A stretch of DNA of 64,000 bases from contig MU053881.1 in NCBI GenBank assembly GCA_013239625.1, forward strand, positions 11,088,873 to 11,152,872. The letters are read 5' to 3'. Below, one piece after another: positions 14,186 through 27,209 of this stretch (within the stretch, counting starts at the first letter, position 1; every line of letters starts with the position of its first letter). The notes under the pieces were generated by a model, which did not search any database, had not been told where the DNA came from, and saw only the letters and a program-made list of their open reading frames with translations. This stretch comes from Lama guanicoe. Taxonomy: Eukaryota. Both the position numbers and the translations under genes were made by a program.

Positions 14186-15339
14186 AATTTATTAGTAGTG
14201 CTGATAATTAAAAACAACCAACCAAACACCACCAACAAAAAGACAACCATATAGCTTTAGTAGTTTCAAAGTCTGTAGCACAGTTATTAAATTATTATGC
14301 TGAAATATGTTTGAATTCATGGAGAACTTTCTAGAGCATTCTATAGAAGATACAGAAAATGTTTTAGTTAACCTGTGATTTCCCCTGCAAGAGACTGACA
14401 CTGAGGAAACAAAATCAGAAAGTATTTCTTCAAACTGCGATTATAATCCTAATTCTTACCAGATCTTTGAAATCAGGCAAGTTTCTGTAAGTCTGAGCTA
14501 CTGGATGCCATTTTAGAATCGAAATTTTATTTAAAAATTCAATGAGGGAAAAATAAATCTAAACTGCCTAACCAGGGATCTTGTATAGCATAAGGGCTCT
14601 GGAAATGAGAAACATAAACCTAACGGCAGAACAGACTCTAGGAGAACCCAAAGGGGAACAAACGTGGAGGCATTGTATTTGGAAAAAGGCTGAAACAGCA
14701 GTTTTGCCAAAAGATTGAACAGGGCCTGAATTAAGACCATGAAAGGAGGGATGCAAATGCAAAGCAAATAAAATATGTCAAAGAAGTGATACAAGATACT
14801 CCAACATCATTTTTCCGCATCACTTTGTGTAAACAATAAAATAACTCTTAATGGTTTTCAGGAGATTAACAAAAAAGTTTGGTTCTTAAATTTAGGTAAC
14901 AAAAGATATAATTTCTGACATTTTGAAACCATAATATGAAAATGGATAATTCATACTAAAAAGCTTTCCTGTTGCCTAAGTTTAGGTTGCAGATTTCTAT
15001 CACTACTTTTTTTTTTCTTTCTATCTTTTTTAAGTTTCAGGGACAATGATATTTAAAGACCTTGAAGAACTAGGTCTATTTGAGTGACAGAATAGATGAA
15101 ACGATAAAATAAACAGGCCCATCTTTAAGTACCTAAAGTACTGGTCTTGCCAGTTATATAAGAATTCTTTGATTCTTAATCGTACAGCATCATAAAGCCA
15201 AATAATCCCAGGGGTGCTCTTTTGCGGTGCTCAAAAAATAAGAAGAAATAGGAAGCCAAAAAGTCATTGTTAACAGTTCATTTCTGAGCTAAAGAAATGA
15301 TTAAAGGATGATAAGTCTAGGTCAATAACTTATAATAAC

Positions 15340-15700
15340 ATTCACAATTTCTCACCCACGATCAAAAATCAAAAAAATCTCTGAAAACCAAAAGTTTTTT
15401 TTTTTAATCAGAATTCTTTTAGTGGCAAAACCTGTCCTGACATGAACTTACTTTGCACAAATTCTAAACTTGCACTACTGTGACACAATTTATCGATTTC
15501 ATTCATCCTATTCATTGTGAATGTTCATACACATTTGTGATTAATGTTTTGTATGAGTAATGTTTTTAACACAGAGTGCTACTCCAGATTTTGCTGTGGA
15601 TATAAGGTAACATACCCTAATGTAACACTAATGTACAGAAATGTAATAACCTTTATAAAAATCCATAATTTCTGAAATCCTATACACTTAATGGTTTGAG
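15340..15700 (-). mobile_element. MER46C-like TcMar-Tigger element
   Basis: aaaaatctctgaaaaccaaaagtttt...acctttataaaaatccataatttctgaaatcc. Resembles the reverse complement of 25930-26198. Confidence 0.6.
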
Positions 15701-16121
15701 TATCTATAATATATTATTTTAACCCTGTGCCTTCACAGTTTAAAATGTTTGTATATAAAAAATTGATATCCTGATTTATTTTATAAATAGTGTATAACTT
15801 TAATATTATCTCAAAGACATCTTTACTCTGTAAAAACAAACCAAGTCTTCTAAACCATAACAGCTAAGTACAATGAGACAGTTTGTGGGATTTACTTATT
15901 TGTAGTGCTTTTAAATATCTAAAATAACTCTCATTTATGTAGAACTGAATTTTTTGCTTTTCATATGGATATCAAATAAACACATGAAATATTTCATATG
16001 AAATAGAAATATTGCAAAATTTAATCCTATACAAGGGGCTAAAATCTTATACATCTATAGGTGCCAGACAGGTAACAAAAATGGATGAAGCTGGATAAAC
16101 AGACTAAATGTATCCTCTAGA

Positions 16122-16438
16122 TAGCATTGTTCAATGGCATTGGCAAGCTGTTCACAGAATTTTTAATTTATAGTAATTGTATTAAGGAAATAAAAACAAA
16201 ATATAAATGAAATTAAATTTAATAATATAGCTCATATACCTTACAACATCAAAATCTTTTATTTTGACATATAATCAATTAAAAAGTTGTTGAAGAAATG
16301 TTATAAATTCTTTTTCACTAAGTAGTCAAAACTCAGTGTCTATTTCAACTTATAGCTCATATTTGATTTGGACTAGCTACATTTCAAGAGCTCAGTAGCT
16401 GCATATGGCTAGTCACTACCATATTAAACAGTATAGTT
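16122..16438 (+). mobile_element. MER33 hAT-Charlie element
   Basis: tttggactagctacatttcaagagctcagtagctgcatatggctagtcactaccatatt matches the MER33 3' half, and the length (about 320 bp) fits. Confidence 0.8.
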
Positions 16439-17072
16439 ATAGATATACTACCAATTTACTATTAAACATGTAATATTCTTTACTCTCATAAGGAAATATG
16501 CATTATCACATTTTCCTTGAACCATGAAGCCCTTTTGGTTTGTCTTTTGTTTTCCCTTTTAGATAGAGATGTGATTATAAAGATATATTTATATATTTTT
16601 TAAACAATAATGCAGTTTCCTTGATAACACTAACTGAATAAAAGTCTCATTGTTGGTGGGAAAATAAAGACAGTGGAACCTGGAGTGAATTCGGATGGTA
16701 TGCCCAATTAAGACATCCATTTGTTGGTTCCAGTCTGTTGATGCCATCTTGGAAAGCGGATTCAGTGCTGCTACATTTTCCCTAATACTCAAGAGAACTA
16801 AGAAATAGGAAATCTTAGCCGAAATCATCAGATTTATAAATGTTGATTTATGCTTGTAAGCAGTTTTTCCAATACACATAACATTGGCTGTTAACATGTC
16901 ACGTGCCTGACAGGGAAGTGGTGGTCTTCAACAATGGACGAAGCTACTGCAAACATGTAGAAAGTAACACATGGAAATGCCAGGATCTGCCTGTATTTAT
17001 GCTTAAGAATTGTTAAAACCCTTGGAATAGACTCTTTCCTTATTCCTTATTTTACTATATATACTTTTTTAC

Positions 17073-17093
17073 ATACACACACACACACACACA
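17073..17093. repeat. (CA)n microsatellite
   Basis: Seen directly in the sequence. Confidence 0.9.
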
Positions 17094-17439
17094 TGCATGT
17101 ATATTAAAATGTTTTAACTGCAAGGATATCCGTAAATAATGTGTTTAACTAAAAATTGCAAGAAGTGTCCCTTACTCTTGCAGTCTTGATTTTGCTAAGT
17201 AAACTGGTGTTCCCCTTGTTTACACACTTTTAAGATTTCACAGAAGTCATCCTTGAATCTTTCTTCTAAGGCGAAGCTCTTGTTATTTTTATCTGTTCTT
17301 CTCTAAGTACTTCTGAACACCAATTTACTTAGCATAGAGATTGTGTCCAGATGCCAAAAAAGAGGAACAAAAACAAAGAAGCAAGCAAAAAACTCCAAGA
17401 ATCACATCTTGCAATGTGTTAAAGAAGAGTGTTCTGTTT

Positions 17440-17800
17440 TTTGATTTTTTTCCCCTATGTAACAAGAGATCCAGTGACAGAGAGTAGTAGCCTAAAGTAA
17501 CAACTCAGCATCATCCTCCAGGAAGCTAGTTCTTCCTAACTCACAGCTCTGCCATCTTTAGTGTGTTGACTTTTACCCTGGTGGTTGCCAGTCACTGCTG
17601 TTTACTAGGTTTTATTTCTGTAGCTTGGGTAAGAGAAGAAAGGGAAAAGGAAAATCTGTGCAGCAGTATTTGTTTTATTTTGAGAAAACAAAATAAAATT
17701 TCCCCACGAAAACATCCCTTTCTCAGCAAACCTCTACTTACGTCTTTTGCATCAGAACTGATTTCATGGCCCCTAGGCTGCAAGGGAGTTTGGGAAATTA
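17440..17800 (-). mobile_element. MLT1 (MaLR) LTR fragment
   Basis: gctctgccatctttagtgtgttgacttt...ggctgcaagggagtttgggaaat is typical of an antisense MLT1J/K. Confidence 0.6.
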
Positions 17801-18012
17801 AAAGGAAAGGAAGAAAATGGTTTGGAAAATTTGTTCAGTGAACCAGACTTCAGTGTCTGCCCCAAGCTTAACGCTGCAAACGTGGTACCAAGTTATTAGT
17901 ATTGTTATCTGGCTGTGGAACACTACTGTATGGATGTTTCACTATATTTTATTATATATTTATTGACATGACCCCTGCTCATCTTATATACTATTCAGAT
18001 AAACTCAAGGTA

Positions 18013-18346
18013 CATGATGGTGAATTTTATGTTTCAACTCAGCTAGGCTATAGCATTCAGATACTTAATTGAACACTTATCTAGAGGTCCCTGGAGAAGA
18101 AACTCTCCAAGACTGCAACATCAACTCCTGCCTGAGTGTTCAGCCTCTCTCCTTGCCCTACAAGTTTCAGAACAGCCAGCTGTCCACTCCAATCACAGGA
18201 ACAAATTCCTTAAAAGAAATCCTTAAAAGAATTCTCGCTATAGACAGATATAGATACAGATATAGATATAGATATAGATTGATAAGAAATATAGGAATAG
18301 ATATCTCCTCATGGTTCTGCTTCTCTGGAGAACCCTGACTATTACA
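18013..18346 (+). mobile_element. MLT2 (ERVL) solo LTR with 5-bp TSD aggta and internal (TAGATA)n
   Basis: Starts (ca)tgatggtgaattttatgtttcaact and ends ttctctggagaaccctgactattaca. aggta flanks both sides (18008-18012 and 18347-18351). Confidence 0.9.
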
Positions 18347-19680
18347 AGGTATAGGTTCAATCATATGAATAGGTTCTATTTTTGCAATGTTATATATGAA
18401 AATGTTTTGAGTGCCTACTAACTGTATGATGTAGGCAAATAATGTTACTTTGTTATGACTTAACAAGGTATGTTTGCCACAGTGCAGGAGACATCATCCA
18501 GCCGATTACCTTTCCAAGAAATAACCACTATGACTTGGACAAAAGAAAATTCACAGAAGCAAGTGCATTTACATAATGTTATTAAATGGGTTATTATATT
18601 TAATGAAATTAAAACAATGCCTGGTACATAATAAGTACTAGATAAATGTTCTTCATCTTCTCATAGTTATTACGATTATCTTCATATTCAACGGGAAACA
18701 CAAAGCACATAGACATGGAGATGATTAAAAAAGGGACACCTTTGTTCCAGAGCTGTATGGCATATGTTTTAAGGCAATAAACCATAAACTCCATTAATGG
18801 AACTAATAGGTTAAGTTTCCCATGCTACTTGAATTATTTCCCCAGGAAAATTAAATTTTCTTAATAGAAAATCTAATTTTATCTCAAGTAACTTGAAAAT
18901 CTTAATTAGTGACACAAAAGCCATGTTAAAATTACTGAGATCAGAAATAAACACATCATTATATAAAAATAAACACATTGAAGAGCTACTGTGGTTTAGC
19001 TGACATTCCATACACAGTATCTTGATAAAATAAGATACAAAAAGGCAATTTCAAAAGGAAAGACTCAACATCAAGCACATAAATTAAATTGATTATCTTT
19101 CATACTTAATGTATCACAGGCATGAATCTTACACAATCTACTGGTGACCTCAGTTACTTTGTTTAATCTTGCACACCACTATCAGTGCAATGCTTGATTT
19201 TCCAATTAAAATAACTTTGCAATTAGATCTAATTAACATGTTCCAATTAAATAGGTTAAATGCAGCAGTATTTAATAAATTTAAGCCCCCTACTATTCTC
19301 ATGGTGAAAAGGTTCTCTAAAATTGTTTGGATATGTAATCCTGTTGGTGTCACAGATTAACAAAAGAAGTAAGAAAAGGTCAACAGCTTTGTTCAGAAAT
19401 AACACAAGCCAGATTTGGTAGAAAAGAACAAGCCTCCCAAATTTCTCAATTATCTCCTGGATCATCACATAAGCCCTTCATGATAGCCCCATTAACCATT
19501 TGCCAATGCAAGTATTTGTTAAAGGAATATTTGCCCTTTTCACGAAAGAAGACTTATCCCCACTCAAAGTTTTATAGGTGTTCTTCATAAATCTTACATG
19601 AAGGAAATATGGTTTTTTGGGAGTCTGAACCAGTAAACGTTTCCTTTGGCCTTTGGGTAAAGTTATACACAGTCACTTAC

Positions 19681-19694
19681 CTTTCCAAAGCTTT
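19681..19694 (-). other. Candidate 14-nt micro-exon (gene unidentified)
   Basis: The minus strand reads catttctccctacag|AAAGCTTTGGAAAG|gtaagtga, with near-consensus acceptor and donor. Confidence 0.35.
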
Positions 19695-20259
19695 CTGTAG
19701 GGAGAAATGTTGGCTAAGAATTTTGTTTGCTCTTACGCCTTTGATTTACAGGACTCTTGACTTTAATCGTCCGCACCCACCAACCCCTGCAACTCCTAGT
19801 TTCCTTCAATCAAGGGAGCCCTTGATTACTATATTGCAATGAGTATAAGTAAGTCCCCCTGGAGAACCCACTGTTACTGACAACCAGGTTTCTGAGCCTG
19901 GGAAAAAGGAAATATATATGTAAGGTACTACAGTTCGAAATGAAAGAATGAGCTTATGTATTTTATCTCCAAAGAGTACATGATGTACTTTCTCTTTAAA
20001 AAATAAGTCTGTCCACAGAAAAGGCCTAGAAACAATGTCACACCTGATAGCAATGAGCACCTAGTACTGAGACTATAGTCTAACAAAACTATTTCTGTAT
20101 AAAAATAGCCAGAGCTCCTTAGAGAAATAGTTGGTCCCATGTCTAGATCTGGAATGTACTTGATAAACTGGAACATTTTATTTCACCACAAAAGAAGAAA
20201 CTATGAAGAACTCTAAGATTATGCAAAAAAAAAAAGAAAAAGAATAAAGACAGACAGAC

Positions 20260-20381
20260 AGAGAAAAAAATGTGACAATGAGTGTGTATATGTCCATGAA
20301 TGACTGAAAAATTGTGCTGAACACTGGAATTTGACACAACATTGTAAAATGATTATAGATCAATAAAAAATGTTTAAAAAA
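20260..20381 (+). mobile_element. Young, severely 5'-truncated L1 3' end with poly(A) and 14-bp TSD
   Basis: gtgtatatgtccatgaatgactgaaaaattgtgctgaacactggaatttgacacaacattgtaaaatg...aataaa plus an A-tail. TSD aaagacagacagac at 20246-20259 and 20382-20395. Confidence 0.9.
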
Positions 20382-20489
20382 AAAGACAGACAGACTCAGG
20401 AGCCAACTTGAAGAGCTGCCAAAGTGGACATTTGGAGCATTAATATGAATAAAAAATTCAGTGAATTGAATCAGATAAAACATTTTAAA

Positions 20490-21261
20490 ATTCACAAATT
20501 GATACTAATACTCTTATCTCTCCCTTCTCCCCAAAAATATGCAACTGGAGTATGTTGGTTACAAACCCATTATTTTGGAAACTAGCCAGTGAAGAGAAAA
20601 AATGAGGCATTTATTTATCCTGCTTTTCTAGCATGAACTGTAATAGAGTAGACATGGTTTAGCTTCTTTCTACATAAGAATTTCAGTTCCTTATTGAGGA
20701 AAGCAGAACTTGAATATAATCATTTTACAGCCCCTAATGAATGGATGGAACTAGACATCATCAAGGGCTGCTAACCTCACAAGAGGAGATAGTAAATTGC
20801 TCCTGGTGAAAGAACACAGCACACCTGGGAAGAACTACCACCAAAAATGAAGTTCTAGATCAGCACTCTCCAACAGAACTGTGTCCCATTATGGGAATGT
20901 TTACACTAATTCTAAACAGTCACTTGTATCTAGTGGTTACCATATTGGACAGTGATTGATGGGAAAATAGAAGAGCATGTGAAAATTTACCCTGGAAATA
21001 CAATTTACAAAATATAAACTATGGGAATCTCAGATATAAAAGGGTCAAGGTGAAAAATAAAGATTCCTATAGACTAATGAAACATAAGTGACATATCACT
21101 GAAGTACAACATATGAACATGTTTGGGCTACTGGCATGTAAATAACATTTATGAGAGGATTCAAAGTTTCAACATTGACTACATATTTCTCAATATTTAA
21201 AAAGAATCCCTTTGAGGTACAAGATGGCACTGTGGTTAGTTTTTTAAAATGCTCATGCTTT
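20490..21261 (+). mobile_element. Old L1 (L1MC/MD-like) 3' UTR, left part; continues at about 22489-22660
   Basis: L1MC-like UTR phrases. The sequence resumes after the young L1 with agatacacat...atggatgaaaaaattatgatgtctgggatttccttcaaa. Confidence 0.6.
20861..20954 (+). mobile_element. Short MER3/MER33-like hAT-Charlie element
   Basis: Terminal inverted repeats cagcactctccaa ... ttggacagtg, with internal tagtggttaccata. Confidence 0.6.
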
Positions 21262-22472
21262 GCTTTATAGGCAAAACATTCTGTGACATAAACTTAGCAA
21301 TGTTCTCTTAGGGCAGTGTACCCAGGCAATAGAAACGAAAGCAAAAATAAACAAATGGGATGTAATTAAGCTTATAAGCTTTTGCACAGCAAAGGAAACC
21401 ATAGGCAAAACAAAATGACAACTTATGGATTGGAAGAAAATACTTGCAAATGATGCTACTGACTAAGGCTTAATTTCCAGAATATATAAACAGCTCATAC
21501 AATTTAATAACAAAAAAACAAACAATCCAATCCAAAAGTGGGCAGAAGACCTACACAAGCAATTCTCCAATGAAGACATACAAATGGCCAATAGGCACAT
21601 GAAAAAATGCTCAACATCACTAATTATCACAAAATTGCAAATCAAAACTACAGTGAGGTATCATCTCACATCAGTCAGAATGGCCATTATTCAAAAGTCC
21701 ACAAATGATAAATGCTGGACAGGGTGTGGAGAAAAGGGAATCCTCCTACACTGTTGGTGGGAATGTAGTCTGGTGCAGCCATTGTGGAAAACAGTAGGCA
21801 GATTCCTCAAAAAACTGAAGATGGACTTATCATATAATCTAGTAACCCCATTTCTGGGTATATATCTGAAGGGAACTCTAATTCCAAAAGATGCATTCAC
21901 CCCAATGTTCATAGCAGCAATACAATAGCCAAGACATGGAAGCACCCTAAATATCCATTGACAGATGACTGAATAAAGAAGCTATGGTATATTTATACAG
22001 TGGAATATTACTCAACCATAAAAAATAATAAAATAATGCTATTTGCAGCAACGTGGGTGGACCTAGAGATCATCATTCTAAGTGAAGTAAGCCAGAAAGA
22101 GAAATACCATATGATATCACTCATATGTGGAATCTAGAAAAAAAAAGAAAAAAGAAAAAAAAAGTACACTATGAATTCATCTACAAAACAGTAACAGATT
22201 TACAGATACAGTAAACAATCATGGTTACCAAGGAAAAGGGGTGTGGAGGGATAAATTTGGGAGTTTCAGATTTGCAAATGTTAGCCAATATATATAAAAA
22301 TAGATTTAAAAAAACCAAGTTTCTCCTGTATACCACAGGGAACTATGTCCAGTATCTTGTAATAACCTTTAATGAAAAAGAATATGAAAATGAATATATG
22401 TATGTATATGCATGACTGGGACATAGTGTTGTACACCAGAAATTGACACATTGTAACTGATAGTACTTCAAA
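21262..22472 (+). mobile_element. Lineage-specific L1, 5'-truncated (ORF2 C-terminus plus 3' UTR), with TSD
   Basis: ORF 21584-21928 ([15 protein letters not shown]...RYHLT.VRMAII.KS...[24 protein letters not shown]) is the Cys-rich C-terminus of L1 ORF2. The TSD copies match at 14/16: aaaatgctcatgcttt (21246-21261) and aaaatacttatgcttt (22473-22488). Confidence 0.97.
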
Positions 22473-23694
22473 AAAATACTTATGCTTTAAAGATACACAT
22501 TCACTTATTTATGGATGAAAAAATTATGATGTCTGGGATTTCCTTCAAATTAATAGAAGAAGAGGGGAGATAGATGTAGATGAAAAACAAATGCCCATGT
22601 CTTGATAATTAATGAGGCTGAAATGGATTTATGTGGATTCCAAATAAATGTGTCTCTGATTTAGTAACTGCAAACAATATATTGCATTTAACTAAACATT
22701 TACAAATGTATTAATGAATATGATATTACAAGATATTTTAAAAAGATAAGGTTAAAGGATATGATGAAAGCACTCAAAACAGTACCATTTTGGTACTTTC
22801 TAACAATAAACCAAATATTCTGTCAAAGATTCAGACACTGTACCAATAAACTTAGGTGAAGAGTATTTTAATATATTCACTCTTTCCATTTTTGAAAATA
22901 TTCACAGCCTTAGATGTGAAATAAAAAAATGAATGGAATTAGAAACTGTAAAAGAACAAAGAACCTAAGTATAATGTTCATCCTTTTTTAGATCTCTGTG
23001 ATAATAGCATACCGAAGTACAAAAATTAACTTTATTATTGGCACAGATGGCTTGGAGAGCAGTTTGGGACTGCAGGAGCAGCTGGATTCAAATTCTTGCC
23101 CTACCTCTTGGTGTTGTGACCCACATTTGCTGAGACAGGTTTTCAAAGTAGGAAGTTAACCACTTGCAGGAGTCTCAACAGCAGGTCTAGCGAGATGATC
23201 CGCCAGGTTTTGAGGTAGAAGACAGGTCCTTAGGTCAAACCAACATTTGCTTATCACACAGCAAGTACAAGAGATGACTGAAACCACAGAGTCAGCAAGA
23301 GCTTGGGAATGGATAAGGGATGCACTTTTGTTCCTTCCCCCAAGTCAACAGGTAGAGTCCACCCCTTTTTCTCTGGGGAAGGAATGAATAGAGGAGGATA
23401 AAAATAGGAACAGAAGCTAACTTCCCAATATTCCCCGAAGAGTGTAAATTTCACTTTATAAAGAGAAAAGCAAACTGGGAGAGGAATAAAATGATCCTGC
23501 TCACCCCACACATACCATAATGAGCTACGTAAGATGCCAAGGAGATAGGAAAGGAGTCATCTGACTGGTGGAGAAAAGCCACACAACAGGGTGTGTTATA
23601 TAGACTTAACAGAAATTAGATAAATAGGGAAGCTTGTTGAAAATTATTCATAAAACCTATTTCAAACACTTAATATTTACATAGAAGTGCTATA

Positions 23695-23695
<1 letters not shown>

Positions 23696-23727
<32 letters not shown>
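23696..23727. repeat. (CA)n microsatellite
   Basis: Seen directly in the sequence. Confidence 0.95.
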
Positions 23728-23730
<3 letters not shown>

Positions 23731-24639
23731 CTCCACAAACAGAAGAGCTTGGCATCTGTCATTCTAAGTGTCTCTAAGTGCCTACAATGGCTCGGACACA
23801 CAGCCTTTGTAATCTGGAAACGGCTCTCATTCTCACATCCAAGACATAGCGCTGGACATATCTTCCAGAAGTTAAACAGCTGGGATATATTTCCTCCTCT
23901 TATAAAACAAAACAAACAATGTTTTTTGATACCCTTAACCCCATGCGCCTCATGCTTCCATCTGTCAACAAGCAATATTTTCAAGAGAGCATCCAATTCC
24001 AGACCTTCACTGTTACCTGAAGTACATGTAATAAATGACTTCACTCCCTTCTTGCTAGCTCACAATTGAAGAGGCAATTGATTCACTTGTTTAAACTGCA
24101 CAACTTATAAATGGCCAAGCATCATTGTGAGTAATGTTCTTCCAGTTCTGCAGAAATTATAAATACGACCAAAAAGAAAGTGTTGGGAGTCACCAGAGTC
24201 ATATCCATATATCATCTCAGCATCAGAGCCCCAGGCTCTAAACACCCATTTCTGACTGCATTCCAATATTTGACTGCAATCCAGATGCCAAACTCATCAA
24301 AGTTTATTCAGCAACTAGCAAGAAAAATGGTGTGACAAGTTGTGATTAATAGTCAAACGGAGACCCATCGCTGCTGGTATCTGTAATGTAAGTACAAAAT
24401 GACTTCCTTCTTGCGTAGAAATACAAAGGGCCATTTTGTTTAAGGGAGTCTATGTTAGGATGGTTTCTTTTGATTTTTGCCAAAATCTTAAAAGGGAAAA
24501 CAAATCCAGGTATACTGGATGAACTGGTTGGTCTGGACTTGTTCTCTGGGAGGCTACAAACTGGGACATGCGTTCCAGGGGAACCAGCAATGGGCACTGG
24601 AGAATAAACAGGAAATCTAAGTAACGGTGAGCGGGGAGT

Positions 24640-25010
24640 GATCTGTTTAGGGTCACAGGGTGAAAGGTAATATTTAAGAAGAATAAAGCTGGGGATATGT
24701 ATTAGATTGAAATTATGAAGGACCATATACTAGGATGAGAATTTGAGATATTTCTCCTCGCAATGAGAACTACTGAGAGCGTTTGAGAAATGGAGTTAAC
24801 TAATTAAACCTGGCTTTAATGACAAAACCTTAACATCAGAGAAAGGAATTGGAGGGATGAAAGAGTGGAAGTACAGACCTTGCTTAGCAGTTTATTGCTG
24901 TAGATTAGGTATGAGCTAATAAATGCCTGAGAGATGCCAATGGGAATTAATGTAGGCATGACGGGCAAATCAAGAAGACATTACTGAGTTACGTCCAGTG
25001 AATCTGGAAG
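24640..25010 (-). mobile_element. L2 fragment
   Basis: Purine-rich antisense L2 pattern (attatgaaggaccatatactaggatgagaatttgag...caatgagaactactgagagcgtttgag). Confidence 0.6.
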
Positions 25011-25929
25011 TGAGCACATTTGACAGTGTTCCTTTAGAGATAAAGACACCAACTTTTACAATCAAATAATTAATAATGAGGTTTGGAAATTTTAATTGAA
25101 GTATATAGAAAATAATGCTAATAAGGATAATGAGAATTTCGTGCTATTGTGAGGAGCATTGCCCATATTGTCTTAGCATGTTGTCCATTCATGGTTTTGG
25201 TAGCTGTTCACTGGTGGTAAAGATAAAGAAAACCCCAAACCACCAGACTCGAATGCTACCTGGCCTTATCAGTGTCTCTTTTATGTTTATGTCCATATTA
25301 AAATGGTTCTGAGTTCCATACATTTTCAAGAACTTAACTCCCTAAAAATGTTTCCCACTTATTTCAGTGTCACAGAATCACTAATTTATGTCTATGATAT
25401 TCTTTGCCTGCTCTAGAATTCATTTACTGACTTTTGATGCCTTCCAAGTCATTTGAAGGCAAATGAATTCCAGATCAATGGCTGCAAATGCTCGTGGATC
25501 TTATGAAGTAAACACCAGTGGCTGCATCAGCAGTCTGGTTTCCTTATGCTTCCAACACTGCATCTTTCTCAGCACCAGCCAGAGAGATGAGGGTACCTGC
25601 CTGCTCAGATCTACATCACACTTTATCACAGGGATCGTGAAAGGGATCTGCTTTGGCCCAATTCTCAGTAACTCAGAAAAACATGTTTTTTTCAAAAATT
25701 TTTTCATACCCTTCTAAACATACAAGGTCAAATCTCATTTGAGTAGAGAAAGAGGCAAACATGTTTCTCAATGTCTCTACTTCCCTTTCCTTCTCTAAAT
25801 CTCATACCCAAACAAAATCCTTCTTACATCATTACATTCAAATAGAAAAAAACTTGCATCTGTGTGTGGTCTGACGTGAAGAGGGAGATGATGTTGCAGG
25901 TTTGAGAGGCAAAATTGATTTTATCATGC

Positions 25930-26198
25930 CACAATCACTATTCTGGAGTCTCTGGGACTAAAGGGTTTCAGAATTCAAAGTTTTCTGAATTTAGGGAAAA
26001 AGCACCATATATAACACTACCATTAATATGTTGTTAGCAAAATGTATGACTATTCACCCAAAGAAACAAAGAAAAAAACTATGTATCACTTCCTATGAGA
26101 TCAGATCAAGAAAACATCAAATGATTTTTTAGAAAATATTTTTGATGTTTAGGGCTATTTGGATTTTAGAATTTCAGATAAAATCTTCTGGACTGTAT
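25930..26198 (+). mobile_element. MER46C-like TcMar-Tigger element
   Basis: gggactaaagggtttcagaattcaaagttttctgaatttagg...ttggattttagaatttcagataa...ggactgta. Confidence 0.65.
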
Positions 26199-27209
26199 TA
26201 TGGTCTGTTAGCTTATTCGTGAGTCAGAATAGTTTTGCCTATTGCGGCTGTTAGGTTTTTCTTTAGTTTGCATGGTGGTAGAAAATGATCTTCGATTAAA
26301 TGCCCCGGGGCTTTTCTTTTATTTCTAGACAATTACAAGAGTGTGATTATTCCTCAAGATTGAAAATACCAGAATTTACTTCACCATCCTTCGCTCAGCT
26401 TTAATGCACATTTACACTTAAATTAATTTCCCCCTCATGTTAAGAAAGTAAAATGTGCCTTGAAAATTTCATTTAAATATTCTTATATAGTTTTCAGGTT
26501 TGTATACAACTGCTGGAGGATAAATTTTTATTATATAGGTGCTGTATATAATAGAGATGTATTGGATTTTAGAGGATTTAGTAAAAATGCACCAAGGCAC
26601 AATGTCTAAAAGAATACACACAAAAGGTAGGGTGAAGACTGAATGTATCATACAGAGAGAAAGACTGAATTCTAGCTTGTCTGTCTTTGCTGGGGCCTGA
26701 CTTCCTTTTTGTTAGCTCAATCTAAACACCGCATTTTTGTGAATATGCATCACATTCATTTTGGATTATTTAATTTAACTTCCTTTCCAGATGAACTAGC
26801 TTTATTAAATGCTTGCCATGGATGGGCAAACAGAGTTTATGCAGGCTATAAATATCTATGATTAGTTTGGTATAGTATATTGCAATCTAAGGTGTAGCAA
26901 TTATGCATAATATTTTCTTCCAAGCTTGATAAACCATTTGGGAACAAAAAAGAGAAAAAAAAACTAAAAAGTAATTTATGCAAACCCCATGAATGTATGA
27001 CATTTTCAAACCTTATATTTCTCTCAGTTCCTGGTCAGCAGCACATATGCAAACAATTTAAGTCCTGAGCTAGAGAGAAGAAAATAAGTTCGACTCTGTA
27101 CGGCTTAAGAATGAGTATCGTTTAAAAATTATATTGCCTATGTTACCAGTTTTGATCCTTCCAGTATAGTTACTAATATGGTATACATACACATGTACGG
27201 TATACATTC

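Noticed and set aside
21584..21928. 114-aa Cys-rich ORF as a host gene
   Set aside because: It is the C-terminus of L1 ORF2 in a 5'-truncated, interrupted copy.
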